64,000 bases of DNA from Phoronis australis (lineage: Eukaryota > Animalia > Phoronida), in assembly GCA_002633005.1 (NCBI GenBank), contig NMRA01000007.1:177290-241289 (forward strand). Direction: 5' to 3'. Positions 23,001 through 36,800 of the stretch are shown here, piece after piece. The notes under the pieces were generated by a model. That model had not been told where the DNA came from and did no database searches. It saw nothing but the letters and a program-made list of their open reading frames with translations. A program made the translations under genes and the position numbers. Position 1 is the stretch's first letter. The number at the start of each line of letters is the position of its first letter.

Positions 23001-26000
23001 GCTTATTAACACCCTGACAAGACACTACCATCATAAAGAAAATATTACACATAAAAAATCTTAAGACCACGTCAATTTAATCACCCCAAGAAAACATTTC
23101 TTTTTACTGAGAAGACTTAAATTCTCACAGAACAGTTGGAAAGCTAATTTTTATGATAATCACTAGTGATTAAACAATTCTGCAGAAATGACAACACAAA
23201 AAGCAAATTTAAATTTTCGTCATAAAACATTGAATCTCAAAAGCGTCCGAGCTATCAACAACATACAAGACCAGTATGATCCTAATCTGATCAAAATTCA
23301 ATCAAAGTACTCAAATTAAAGCAATAATTATATTACTTTTAAGCCACATGGCAGACAGATGAAAGTCAAGATTATACCATGATGACACAATCATATAAAA
23401 ACATGCCCTACCATGTCGCCATATTCCTCGACAATACTGGTATTTGTCTTCTTCTTCGTTATCAAGTACTGTTTCTGCAGTGTTTCTTGAGTCAGAGTCT
23501 CCTGGACATAAAACATGGAAATGATAGCCAACATGGAAATGACAGCCAACATGGAAATGACGGCCAACTACACAAACAACATCGAGTTGTTTTAGAATTT
23601 CAGAATGTTCTGACTTTACAGAGAAACTCACCGAGGGGTTGAAATAAAATAATATACACGGTAATTGAATGACAAGTTTTTTAATCAACCAAACTTGTTT
23701 TTCTTTGGCATTTCTGCCTGAATGGATTAGCGCTGTGTGGAGATTATGTCAACACTACTGTTTCATTTGTTTGAGTATGGTAAAATCTCACCAATTTGGT
23801 ACATCATATGGCTGACAAGTGAAATTTTATTTGCTTCATTTTCTCACAACAGATATGTAGCACCAAATAAATTCTACATCATTTTGACAAATCTACACCA
23901 TAGCTACCATCAGACAATGATTCTGAGAAATTGTGGCCATTGACAGTAATGTTAGAAGCCTTTGAAAAAGGAAGAAAGGTCAATTTGGCAATTGACCTAT
24001 CGCAAGCTCCGCCCCCTTGCATAATGTCGACAAACAGCAAGTTTTACCCAGCAACGTGTTGTTGGTCTGGTAAAATGGCACCTTGGAAACGAAGGTGTGT
24101 CAATAATACTGCATTCTGATTGGTCAGTTAAGCTGTAACTCAAAATCCTGGTGACAGGTCAATTATTTTTGTCTGAAATTGGAGAGCTTTTACTTAACAA
24201 GATATGATTTTGTTTACAAGTTCTGTCACAGATGAGTTTCCGCCACTACATCTACACTATTATGCAGTTCTGCATACAGTTCATTGCAGTGAAGAAATGT
24301 CTGACAAACTAATAAAACTAAAAAATTTGCACAAACAAGACCTAAATTGAAATTGAATTTGTTTCCCTGCCACGAAACGTGTGCATGACTCAAAAATTTT
24401 ATTTGGAATTGGACAAAAATAATTTATTGTAAAATATTCTGGCATCAAAATGGTTGCGCTCCGACGAGGAAATTAAAATAAGATCTTTTACCGACTGAAC
24501 CATCTCAAACCAGTGAAGGCATGGGGAAAGGAAATTACAGGTGTTTAGAAGGCAGCCTAACTTTCGTGCTTGACAAATAAGAAACAAAACACGTTTTATA
24601 AACAGTTATTTTGATGTTAAATATGAACAGCACTAGAAAGACACTAGCCATAAAAAATCATGACTTACCTTGTCAGAGTCTTCCATCCAACGAACACTGT
24701 ACACATCACCCAGATATGTGTGCCGATCATCGTCGTAATAGCAGGCATACGATGACTGTGTTGGACTAGATGCCGTTGTCACAAATACTGCAAAATTTAG
24801 AGCGAGTATAGTAATTTGTTATTACATTCTACTAATACATGTAGCACCCTTTAAAATGCCATGACACCTTCCAGTTGTTCATACATAAGGCGTTGAGGGA
24901 AACAGTTACCCATACAGTGCATTTCCATGGAAACTGCTAACACTGCTAATGAACCCCCATAAGAGGCCTACCACACAATCCGTGCCGATAGTAATTAGTG
25001 GGTTAGAACCTATGCAAGAATGTTAGTACATGGCTTTCATGAACTGGATCCAGCACAACAGCTTACAAATCACTTCATAAGATCTAGCCTGTTTACTAGC
25101 CAGCATGCCAAGAATTGTATGATGACGATGACGACTGGCTTACCTGAAAATCCAACAGGTGCTTGGTGGTTTGGTAATTGGCTCAATTATGTTGCACACC
25201 CAGCGGAATTAATCAGGGACATATTATTGCAACATAAATGTTTTAGGTTGTAAAAGTCACATTTCTTGTCCAATTTTCAAAATTCAAAACCTTATCACAT
25301 GTGCTTTTCACAAACTATTCAAATGTCCTATTTACAAACTTTCAAAATAAAAATTTAAATATACAGTTGTTGTCTCTAATGTGTTTATGATATGGTCTCA
25401 TTATCTAAAGAAAGATCACATCAGCAGCCTGAGGTGATTTAATTAAGCACAACATCATGGTGTTTTTGATCTGAACCGGAAAATTCTGTGGTGCGCAAAC
25501 CCGGCAAGTTGCCCACTCTCGACTCACTTAGGGTGTCAACACAGGATTGTTTTCATGAGTAAATAACAAAAAAACCACTTAGCCTCAGAAGATATTGCCA
25601 GATATGTTAACAGCATAAAGGAAGGGTCTTTAAACTAAACAAATTAAATTAAGTCCTGAGTCACGTGGGAACTTATTTGAACAGGAATATACTTTAGGTA
25701 AATATTCAGGTCAGCAGACAAGTCTTATTCTCAATATATTAACAGAATTAAAATGAAAAAATCACCCACCTTTTATCAGTTTTCTTGTATTGATGTGACA
25801 ATTTAAGCATTACCTCTGGTCTCTATTCAAGTATGTCAATTTTGTTTTGGTATTTTTTCGAAGATGCCAAATGGCATGATTTGGGTTGCTTAACTAAACA
25901 AAACAAAACTAAAGCAATGAGAAAGTAACTAGGCGCATTATGACCTTTACAATTGCCATATTCCTATACTTCACAAATGCTTGATTTCAACTGAGAACTA

Positions 26001-29000
26001 GCTTGTTTACGACACAATATTCGTCTAAGTCAAGTGAGGCCTAAGGTGACTGTTCATAGTGCATTGCACGTCGTAATTGCAAAGAGATAAGTTCAACCCC
26101 AGATCTCAGTTTTCGCTCTGAGGCTCTCATGAGCATCCGTGGTTATGATGCGGGAAATTTTGAAGGATTGCTGTACATCCAAACAAAACAGGTACACACA
26201 TGGAACATTTTCAGTTAAACACTACCACCCTTGAATTGAGCAAATCCCAACAGACAATTTTCTACGTCATGAAACGAATCCTACGTTGACACTCTCACCG
26301 GTTGAGATGGCAACTCGACCAGTTTGCGTACCTCGAAATCTGTCGGCATTGATCAAAGGCACTATAAATTAAATTTAACTTGTTAAATGCATTTATCGTC
26401 ATTATTTTGACATTTGTCTCTTTATTTTGATACCAGTCCTTAGGGTTCATTTTGCATTAATCATCTCTATTTATAGCCTCAAGGGCCTACTTTTGTATTC
26501 ATACATTTCTCTACGCGAAACCTCATTGGTTGTCCATATTTCCTTTGTTTAGTTCAATGTGGTCTCTCATTCAGCCACCTACCTCGCCGTCTACAAGACC
26601 TACGTTCGTTCTCTGCATTTTTTCCCCACCCCCCATCCCGGGTGTCGGTTCTACTTTCTCTTTTCTCACATACATTTCCTGTTAGGTTTTTTCAAGTTTT
26701 GTGTTCATGTTCTGTACTTTTCCTTTAAGCCCTTCAGGCAGTTCTTTTGTTTTGTTCCCTCTTTCAGGGCTATTCATTGTACACGCCGGTGGGCGTTTTC
26801 TCCATGCCCATCTTGCAGAGTCTTAATTAGTTTTATGTATTTACGTCATAATAAATGACAATATTCGCAATCCTCCTCTTGTTTTACTCTGCAACATAGC
26901 TCGTGGCGTACCCTGGGCAAAATAGATTACGATAAATTACATCGCCTCAGACTACTGATGTTATTGTTCTCTAGATAATCAGACCCATCATAAACACACT
27001 GTAGGCGACAGTAGTATTTTTAAATTTTTTGTTTTGAAAGTTTTTAAATAGCATATATTATGTGAATAGTTCGTGAAGAGTACACATGATTAGGTTTTTG
27101 AATTTTGAAAATGGGATAAGATATGCGACTTTACAGCCTAAAACATTTGTGTAATGATGCACTTCTATGTAGATCATGAATTCTACTAAGTGAGCAATAT
27201 AATTGGGTCAATTACCAAACCTCAAGGTAGCAGTTGAACTTTGAGATAAGCCAAGTCTCATCTCATACTTGGCATGCTGCCTCGACACATAAACACATTT
27301 AGCCACTTAAAGTTGCAGCACCCCAGTTTGGCAAATAAGATGGTTAAATTTCAAATTAAACCAAACATTTTCCGAAATGAATCACGATCTTCGTTCCGGT
27401 ACAAAATAATCCCCAGGCCCACATGTAAAGGCATTCTCCACATCGGATTTTAATCGGTGCCCCTAGAAACGCCTTAGTTGGAAGACGTTTGCCGATTAAA
27501 ACTAGACATGTTTGTAGAAAAAATCCAAACAAAGTGCAAACTCGGAAAATCTTGTCTGTTTCAGTTCCAAACAATTTAAAATCAATCATAAATGGTAAAA
27601 AATAAGGATTCAGTACTGTAATTTTAATCAAGCAAATGAAAATAAAATTGATAGTGCACGACGGGCCCAGGCCACATTAAGGTGAGTCTATACATTTAGC
27701 TGGTAACAAAATTTACAAGAAATATTCTTCACTTGAATGTCACGGAACATGTCAACAGTTTAAATTGAGCATTGGTGGCACTTTCCCTCCGATGTTTATG
27801 TTGAACAGGTGGACTTTGAAAATCTGCGGCTATATAATTATGTATTTAACATGCTAATGTAATATTCCCAGGTATCTCATACAAAATGTGTTTGGACTTC
27901 GATAAAAATTATGAAAAGCATAAACTGCTTAGTTCCCAATTTAAAAGTAAAAATAATTAATTTTTAGCTTTTAATATTGGTCTCACAAATGATAAAGCAT
28001 GTTCAAAATTGAAGAATTTTTACACAAATTTTGAAGATGTTTTTGACATCTTTTCAATTTCATTAAAACATGTATTGGAGGCAGTAAATAAAAGAACGGT
28101 AAATTATAACCCTTAAACTAATATTCAAAATGCACCTGAAGCTGTGTTCAAATAGTTGACCCATCCTACATCACACACTCACCGTTGATATCATCCGGTA
28201 AGAGCTTGTTGAACATTGAACCAGACTCACAAGACTCCACATAGATCACCATCTGCAAAGATATGTATCATAGTTTGATCAGCGTAACTCTGACTGAGCA
28301 CAGCTGGGTTTTATGGATGAATTTGGATCATTTACAAAGCTATGTTTACTGTATAGAAGCCTTTAGTACTTTTATGAACTATTTCCCATTATATGCCCAA
28401 CTTTGGCCAAGGGAAAATTCCTCATCATTGGATCATGCAACAAAATGAACAACATTCCAGAAGTGAAATAATTAACCCATTGAATCCAGAGATTTATATA
28501 AGCTGCCCAGCCACATGCTGACTGTTGTCTATGTTGAGGTTTCACAAGACTTAAATCCAAAACAGGGCACTTCTGGTATCTAGTTTATGTAAGGAATGAA
28601 ATAAAACATGTTCCTTACATAGATTATAGATGATCTCTGAACTTGGGAAGAACTGACAATATAATTGGCATTGAGATTAGAGCTCAACAAAAGTTAACTT
28701 CTTACGGTGTGTCATTTTATGTAACGAGCACGGTCCGGAAACACTACAGAACTGCCAGCTATTCTCTCCAAGCTCAGAAAGCATTACACGTTTGACTTTG
28801 GGTAATGAAGAGGTATAAACCAAAAGTTAGTTTGTATGGCGGAGAAAGGTTGGTTTAGAGCCACTTTAAAAATTAAACAACTGCATTTTCATTTTTGACA
28901 AAACATGTCTGCCTATACTCAACGTTTTATCGTGAAGCAACATTCTTACACCACCTGCCATTAGTATTTAGCATTTGACCAAGTTTAAAACCATTGCAAA

Positions 29001-32000
29001 AACTTTCCCCCACCACGTGGCCCCACCATCCCTTTCACCACTCCCCTCTCCACACCCTACTTCTCCATCCTATAAACAAACATACCTGGCCGTATTTCTT
29101 CTGTCTGTGCATTTTCTGTATGACCTTATTCCAGCGTTTTGCACTGAGCTGAAAATTCAAAATTGAGGTTAAGTAGGATCTCACCGGCATGTCTAAGTAA
29201 TAGACAAATATTTATAAGATTGTAGATTTTAACACTGTAAAAGTACATACTTTCTTAACTGCAGAACAACAGTATCACTACCATATTTCTGCGCCATTAG
29301 GCCCATGGGAGTCTACGCAAAAGTGCACCTGCATGCGACACTTAGGCACAAGCATCAGTATGTGAACCACTTAGGTAAAAAAAAGCCGCGAAAAAAGGCA
29401 TCGTTTCCGATATAGGCCCATGGGCCTAGTGGTGCCGTAATATGGTAATACAAGACCATTTACCAAATTTCTTGAAAATACACCAAGGCGTTCCAGAGAT
29501 AAAGAGCCAAACGTAATAAAATGCCATTAGAAGGCACAGCCGTAGTCAAAACAGGTATGACTATAGGCAAATTAACACATGGACCTACCCACAGGACATT
29601 ACCTGGGCATAAATGCGAAACGTACGAGCATATGCCCATATGGGAATTTTGGGTAAAAAAGGCTGCCAAAAAGGCATTATCTCAGATATAGGCCCATGGG
29701 TCTAAAGCAACAGCAATACAGTGACATGACCAAATTTCCTTTGATGAAAATGCTCCCGATGAAATCCCATGTTACAAAATCAATGAAATTTAAGACTTCT
29801 ACAATTCATCCAGGGTGACATTGTATAATATTGAAACTATAAATTACCTCGTCATCTGGAAAAGCCACAATTCCTGGTGCACCATGGTCAACAAAATTCA
29901 CAAAGATGTGATCCTTTGGTCCACTGTAACAAAATCTGTCATGTCAAACCAAGCTTAGTGCCACTTTTGCAGCATTGAAAAGTTGACCACAAATGTGAGA
30001 ATAAGATACATTTCAATGTTCTTTTGTGCTCCTGATGTTGTAACTTTTACTAGGCTCTTTTTGAGACAGTTTTAATACTGGCTGTTCACTCTTTTCCAGT
30101 GCTTAAGGCTCAGTAGCATTCTGGGCTTGGCTACTCAGAATGCATATGGGGTAATAAAATAATTTTTGTCTCAGGCAAGACCATAAACCTTTTGTTAAGC
30201 TGTGTTTACTTACACAAGCCAACTGGGACAGTTGTATACTAAGAACAGGGTTCACAAATAACTACTTTCCCTGACATGGCATATCAATTTCAAAAGACCT
30301 ATTGTGAGTGAACCATACCCATGATTTACAACTGTCCGAAAACTTCTAAGTCACTATGCAGGACAAGTAATCCCCTCCAAGCCCAAAATGCTAGTAAAAA
30401 GATCACGTAACTTGGCTTGTCGCTGATTAACAGAACAAAGTAAAATTTAGACATTACAATTGGTTGGAAAACAATATTCAGATATTCCAATAGGTTGATG
30501 TAGCGAAATGACTAAGAATACTGCTAAGTCAATAAGGAACTTTCTTAGTAGCTTCGAGATGCCGCAACAAGAGGATAAGACTAATCCAAAAATTCCAGAA
30601 AAGCTCATGTTTTTGACACTCTCTGTTACGTGTCTTTACAAGAGTAAAAAGTAACAGACACGTGACCTACAAGATGGCTTGCATTTTTACAGCCCATTAA
30701 ACTTATCTCCACTCAGGAGAGCCATGTACACAAGTACATACAGTGCCATCTATAATCTAAATCATACTACACATTGAAGGAAACGAGGCATTAAAAAAAC
30801 AACAAAATGATTCAATGTGCTTTTCCGCTTCATTCTCGTACCATGATAACAAAAATCCAAATCAAGACATGCACACTGATGCCTGTACACTGATTTCTTT
30901 AACATAACGTTGACTCCAATGTCATATAGCAGCTTTATGAACATATCAACAGGGTATTGTGTTTCGCATGGACGCATGCCAGACAGGTAATGTTTCCAAC
31001 ATCTAAGCACAGGTTTCAAGATACTGTAAAGCTGTCACTGAACTTAACATCGGCTATAAGAATCAATAAATCTATTACTGGACTTACGGTACGTGGAGAC
31101 ATCGGCTAATTTTATTACCAGAACATTGAGTTTCTAGACATTTTTCTGCACCAATCTAATTACCATGGTACTCTCAAAAAATCTCATGGCGCTGTCTTAG
31201 TTTACAAACCTTGCTATTACTTTTCCACTTCCAATGGTTTTTCCATTTTGATCTATCATGGATTCGCCTTGCAAAATCTTAAGGAAATTGTCTGGTGTCA
31301 CATCCTGAAAAATCACCGGGAACCAAATTCATAACTTTTTTCTTAATGGTCATTTTAATTTATTTACATACATTTTCCTTTTGATGAGTAATCTTTTCAG
31401 ACACATCGTAACCAAGTTATTTCAGAACATGTTGAAATAAAACTCTAGAATTATATCGCATCAGCTGTAATCATCTAAGTAATAAAATTCAAGAGCTACT
31501 TCAAATATGATCATAAATTTAATTGCCATTACGCTACTAAAATTCAAGAGGTGTTCCACTATAATTCAAGGTGACAATCAAATGACCATCACATGATCAC
31601 AAGGCACATGACTAAAATGACATATGATCTGGTTGTGTCACATGACAACATGCACAATGACATGTTTAATTGTCACCTCTGCAGTGTAGTCCTTGGGCAC
31701 TCCATCATAAACATCCGATCCATTTGGATGATTAATTATAACACCTGGAGTTGGATTGCTGAAATTTAACAATAAATTTGCATTAATTTTAGAATTTAGT
31801 CAACTTAAAAAGTAGGTCAAGCTAGGCTAAAAGTGACCTTTGATTGATCAGTCACTCTACCTTGTCTACCTGACTGTACTGAAGCAGAGAGGGAAACAAA
31901 AACAACAAAGGATATAAAAATTTTTCATTAAAATGAATGAAATTTTCTGGAACAAACCATTAAGACGGCATCATAAATAAAAAACATAAAGAGAAGTGGA

Positions 32001-33577
32001 TATTTAACCAACCAAAACTGACTCGAAGCAGCAATAAACCCGAGTGTTCCATCAAGGAAAATGAATTTTCATTTAGACCATGCAAATTTACTGCATGAAA
32101 TAGGTCTCAACTGTTTCTTTATATTCAGATGAGAAGTGACTTTTGCAGGTCTTGCAAAGAACTGATAGTTAGTAATTCCATGATTGGAAAATAAAATGAC
32201 AAACCGTGATAAGCCAACTAGTTGTAGAGCATTGTCCCAAGCAAAGAAATCACATCTATTTAGTTGAGGAACAATTTGAGAACAATTTCATAACGTTAAA
32301 TGCTCTAAATTAAAAATAAATTGTTTTTGTAAAGGGAGTTTATATACTTGAACTGCACATACAGCAGGAACAATGAAACTGCAACTTACTTTACATTGTT
32401 AGCGATATCGTCATACATCATGACAACGATGTTTTTCTCAGGAATACCATGGTTTTTCAATACTTGAAAGGCATGACAAACATCAGCCTACAAATATTTT
32501 AAAGACTTCTTGTAAATGGTCAAAAAATCATCATATACCCTACACATTTGTTATTTTTGAGAACCTGGTTATAAAACTCAATCCGCTGCAAGAGATAGTT
32601 GGTTTCGCATGGCAGAGTTGCACTTTATGTCTCTGGGGAGTTCTTCAAAGGGGAATGACTGCTGCACGCAGCTAACATCAATGGGTATTTTGTGCTTTAA
32701 ACAACATCAAGCTGGGATCATTGTTTGTCCAGGGAAGTCTTTTTCATCATTGGTATTGTCTATGATATATATTTTCATGGTTGCTCAGGTGTGTACATTA
32801 AGTGATGAAAATCATGAGTTGATATTGTAGTTCACTCAACGGATGTTTCCGCGTTACCATGCAGCGTGTTATGTCGAACCTTTATAAGTAATTAATCAAC
32901 ATTCTTGTGTAATTGTGGAAGTAGTATGACAGAAACAGGTAACGATCTTTTTCCTCAGCTGACTAAAGCTCATCCCAGTCACTATNTTTGTTCCGTCTGA
33001 AGAAAATTTAATTTCGAAAATATCTTCTGAAAATGAACAAAAAAGTGCATTAGTAAAATCAACAAGTTTTTAAGTGGTCTCAAAAAAACAGTCGGTAAAT
33101 GCATTAATTTTAGTCTCAGTTCTTCCACGCGTGTTTCTCCCGAGAGGTTAGTACCTAACGTGCAGACGAGCGTTCCAAATTGGAACGCTAAGTCCCGCGT
33201 GGCAGCGCTGCACGCGAAACAAGATGGCGGACGACCTTTGGAGACTGACGACGAGAGGTAATCGGACTATATAAGCACTACACCAGCTAAATTAGTAAGC
33301 TGTTGGAATATGAGAGCCCAATGACAAACTTGAACACTGAATAGGTCCGCGATTACTGTTGTGACGATCAGTTTACCTGGTGTCGGTAGTTATACCAGCC
33401 ATTTGAACCTGCCACCAGTAATGCCCAGTGTTGGACCTGCTGGTCACCGTTCGATCCCTGCGGCTGAGGCTGAAACAGCAACTTTTCGTCCATCACATAT
33501 TTCTTGATTAAACGTTCGAAAGATCTGCATTTGACAACTGCTGGAACCAGCACACAAAGTAGCCAAATTTTCCACAT
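20090..33577 (-). CDS. LGMN: Legumain (asparaginyl endopeptidase, peptidase C13), ~457 aa with signal peptide
   Basis: Phase-consistent exons: 33377-33577, 32390-32487, 31677-31758, 31210-31304, 29848-29923, 29086-29148, 28183-28252, 24669-24787, 23412-23501, 22890-22982, 21242-21526, 20090-20191 (TAA). Motifs: [39 protein letters not shown], catalytic His in DHGAPG, catalytic Cys in [29 protein letters not shown], and a C-terminal prodomain ending in FVNLCE. Confidence 0.97.
23512..23568. repeat. 18-bp tandem repeat x3 next to the legumain exon 9 acceptor
   Basis: AACATGGAAATGA(T/C)(A/G)GCC x3. Confidence 0.85.
29278..29447. mobile_element. MITE with AGGCCCATGGG-containing inverted repeats
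   Basis: TACCATATTTCTGCGCCATTAGGCCCATGGG ... CCCATGGGCCTAGTGGTGCCGTAATATGGTA; a further end copy near 29690. Confidence 0.55.
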
Positions 33578-33895
33578 CTTTGCGAGAGGTAAGAGTTTCA
33601 CAGCTGTTTCCAATAGAGTCAGATAACCAAAACTTGTCACCACTCGTTCTAATCGTCTTCCGCCTCAGACTCGCGTAAACAACAAAATCACGTGTCGGGT
33701 CATGTGATATATCGCGGGAGATTGCAAGAGTGCCAGGCAGTGAGTGTCTGAGTCTGAGAGTGCAATTAATGTTTAGAGTTGAGTACGTGCTTAGCGCGAC
33801 TGGTTTAGGTTAAAGATAGACCAGTTCTACCTTTCAAAGTACCACTGACGATTGTCAGATGTCAGGACCAATCCAGGTTAGTTCACCGCCATTTT
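33578..33895. promoter_or_regulatory. Putative bidirectional promoter between legumain and TEX30 with CLEAR/E-box and YY1-like motifs
   Basis: Divergent ATGs at 33577 and 33859; TCACGTG 33688-33694; GTCATGTGA 33699-33707; YY1-like CAAGATGGCGG 33220-33230 and CCGCCATTTT 33886-33895; locally CpG-rich. Confidence 0.65.
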
Positions 33896-36800
33896 TCGAT
33901 CGGTCACTTTTTGCCCTTCGACGCGCCAGCATATGCCACTGTATCATATAGGTCACAATACCACTCACTAAACGTGTGAACCTGAGGTTTGGTCAACAGG
34001 CGAGATACAGTAGAGAATAGCACTGTAGCTCGTGGTTTATGCGTCAGTGACGTAGCCATGGCGACAGCAATGGGACAAACCATAGGCACCGTGCACAAAA
34101 TGTCATAGCAGCGGGCAGATTTAGGGGCCGGGGCAAGGGGCTCTGCCCCCTAAAATTCTCCCAAATTCTATTTGGCAGTTCGGGGTGCGAGTGTCTGACG
34201 GGCAAAATGCTCAGTGGATAATACTCAGCCCTGCCCCCCCGGCCCTAAATCAAAATCCTGGATCCGCCCCTGCATAGGCACTTAATTACCCCGCCTTGTG
34301 TATGTGGTTCGAAGGCTGGCACTCAACGAGGTTAGACGTGACAGATAAGACTAAGGTGCCTAACAATCTCTGCGTGTGTGTGTGCGTGCCAAGTTTGTTT
34401 AGACAGTCAGCAGACATGAACTCCGGCGTTTGACATTGAGTGATGATGACCGTGTGGACAGGGCCGGATACTAGTGCACAATGGTTCCAAGCGGGGGGGA
34501 CACGTGCCTTCCATTACTGTGCAGATCGTTTAAATATTCTTGAAAACGTGCTCTTTGCTTACTCATACTTCGAAAAGTTCTTGCTGATATGCACAGATTT
34601 CAATAGCCGCGTTTCTCCAGGTACCCCTTGCAGAATCCGAGAACCGCTGCAACCGGTGTGGCGTTTTTATTTTCTTACGTTTACCTTTTTCGGAGTTCAG
34701 TCCTGGACAGGTTTTCATGGGTTGCACAGGATGGGCGCATATCTATGATGGGCCGTTGGAGGGAAAGCGTGGCCTTAGAATTACAGTCGTAATTACGAGT
34801 GTTAATTAAAAAGATAACGTCACCGTAAATTAAAATGTGTAAAATTCCGCCGTAAAATTACGCTCGTAAATTGAATGTTGAATAGCGCCGTAAGTTACGC
34901 TCGTAAAATGCTTTGATAACATTTTTTAAAACTTAAAAGTTTAAACCAATCAGGGTTAATCTAACGCGAAAAGACAATGTGGCAGCGTATGACGGACGCT
35001 TGTTGCTGAGTAGAAGTTTCACTAAGTTCATCCAAATCGCTGACATTGCAGCAATGATTTGATACTCCTTGATTCAAATCCATGCGATTCAGATAAGAAC
35101 GCGCACGCGTGAGTCATAAGGCAGTACGTCATTGGCCAAGAGTTACGAATTAAATTACGGGCGAGCGTAATTTTACGCCGTCAGGAAATAAATTACGAGT
35201 GCAATTTTACGCCGTCGTAATTAACGGCGGTATGATTTCGAGCGTGTGGATGTACGACGACTCTCCCATAACGGCCCATTATAAGTGCCAGTAGTCGCTG
35301 TATGTGAACTCAGGGGTAAATTTGGGTGGGGTACTTATGAGGCGTAATCGATCCGCCTAGCCATGGGACTGAACTCAGGTTGGTGCTCTGACTGAAAAAG
35401 AGAATAGATTGTTGTTGTGTTCAAGTGACCCATCCAAGTAGACCCACGCGCCAATGTGGCGGAAGTCCTTTGCAAGCGTACTACAACAAACGATTCTCTG
35501 TAATGTGTTTTTGACAAGTCACTGAAACTCTTGCCACATAGAGACGTGTTATCAAATGGACCCTGGGCAAGCAAGCAAATTGTCCACGCTGAGGTAATAT
35601 CCATGATAACAACCCTTTTTAATTGAGTCCATTCGTGGCTTATACGTCCACATGCACTGCAGGTGTAGTAGCTGGGTTGCATCGTACTCTCATATTCGGC
35701 GACAAGATTCATAGGCGGCTCGGTGAGCTATATATAGCTCAATATTTTAATGTTTTTCGTATTAAAATACGAAAACTACTGCTACGTAATTGGCTGCATT
35801 TGAATTTTTTTTTCCAGTGATGTCCAGTGGTGGTCTCAGTCACTGTTAGGTGTCTGGGTGGACATGTCCCTAAGTCACGTTGTCATTCATATAGTTTCAC
35901 GTTAATTTTTAATTGGCAGTAACCACTACTAAGGAAAGCAAAACAAAAAATATTTGTAAAACTTTATGATTGTGATTTTCGCTTACTTCGTTCTTGTTTA
36001 TCCAGGGATGGTACTCGATAATATTCTAATTGGGAAGGTTGTTACAAGCTTTTTTCAAGGACGGGCTCTTCTCCTTTTTCATTCTCTGTGCAGCTTTCAT
36101 CTGCATTACTTGCAAGTTCCACAGTTAAGTACATCCATCTCTTCCTGGTACATCGTAAAGCCAACGTTCAACAACCGATCATGTGGGACTAAAAGGACGG
36201 TGCACTATCGTTGTGTTCATCGTGCGATATTATTTTTTTGCGTTATTTGCAACCGATATTTCAAAGGATGAGGACACAGTGACTTTGCTGTGGAAGAGTA
36301 AAATATATGTGCCAGTGAAGAAAGTCGTCTCGGACACCGACCACGTCTTGGTTTATATTGGTGTTGTAGTTGTCATTTTTCTCTCCTGTTAGGAAACCAT
36401 CCAAATACCACACAATGGCAAGCTGGTGCACGCTACAGTGGCCCATCCTGTTGGCAAGCCCAAGAACTGTGCGGTTGTGCTCACACATGGTGCTGGCGGT
36501 GATAAAGACTTCCACCAGCTAGTAGACATCTCAGACCGATTGGCGCAGTGTGGATTCACCACTGTGAGGTTTACGTGCAAGGCACTTAGTCTTGCGTATA
36601 GAACAGCTGTCTTCAGAACCGTTCTGGTAAGTGTCTTTCGGTGGTTGTGCATGTATTGGATAATAATAACAATTATAGATATTGCAATATACGAACGAAC
36701 ACAAAATGACAGCATTTTTCCTTTGTGGTAACAATTAACTTGGAACAGTTAAAAATGGCACGCCGCGCCGCATCGAGATCGAAAACTTGGCAAAATGCAA

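Noticed and set aside
28390-28440. Possible hammerhead on the minus strand in a legumain intron
   Set aside because: Both catalytic boxes are mutated (ATGATGA, CAAA) and stem II does not pair.
32986-32986. Single N in legumain intron 1
   Set aside because: Scaffold gap; no flanking duplication seen, but the intron length is uncertain.
36268-36282. ATG at 36268 as the TEX30 start
   Set aside because: Hits TGA after four codons and offers no phase-0 donor; 33859 fits better.
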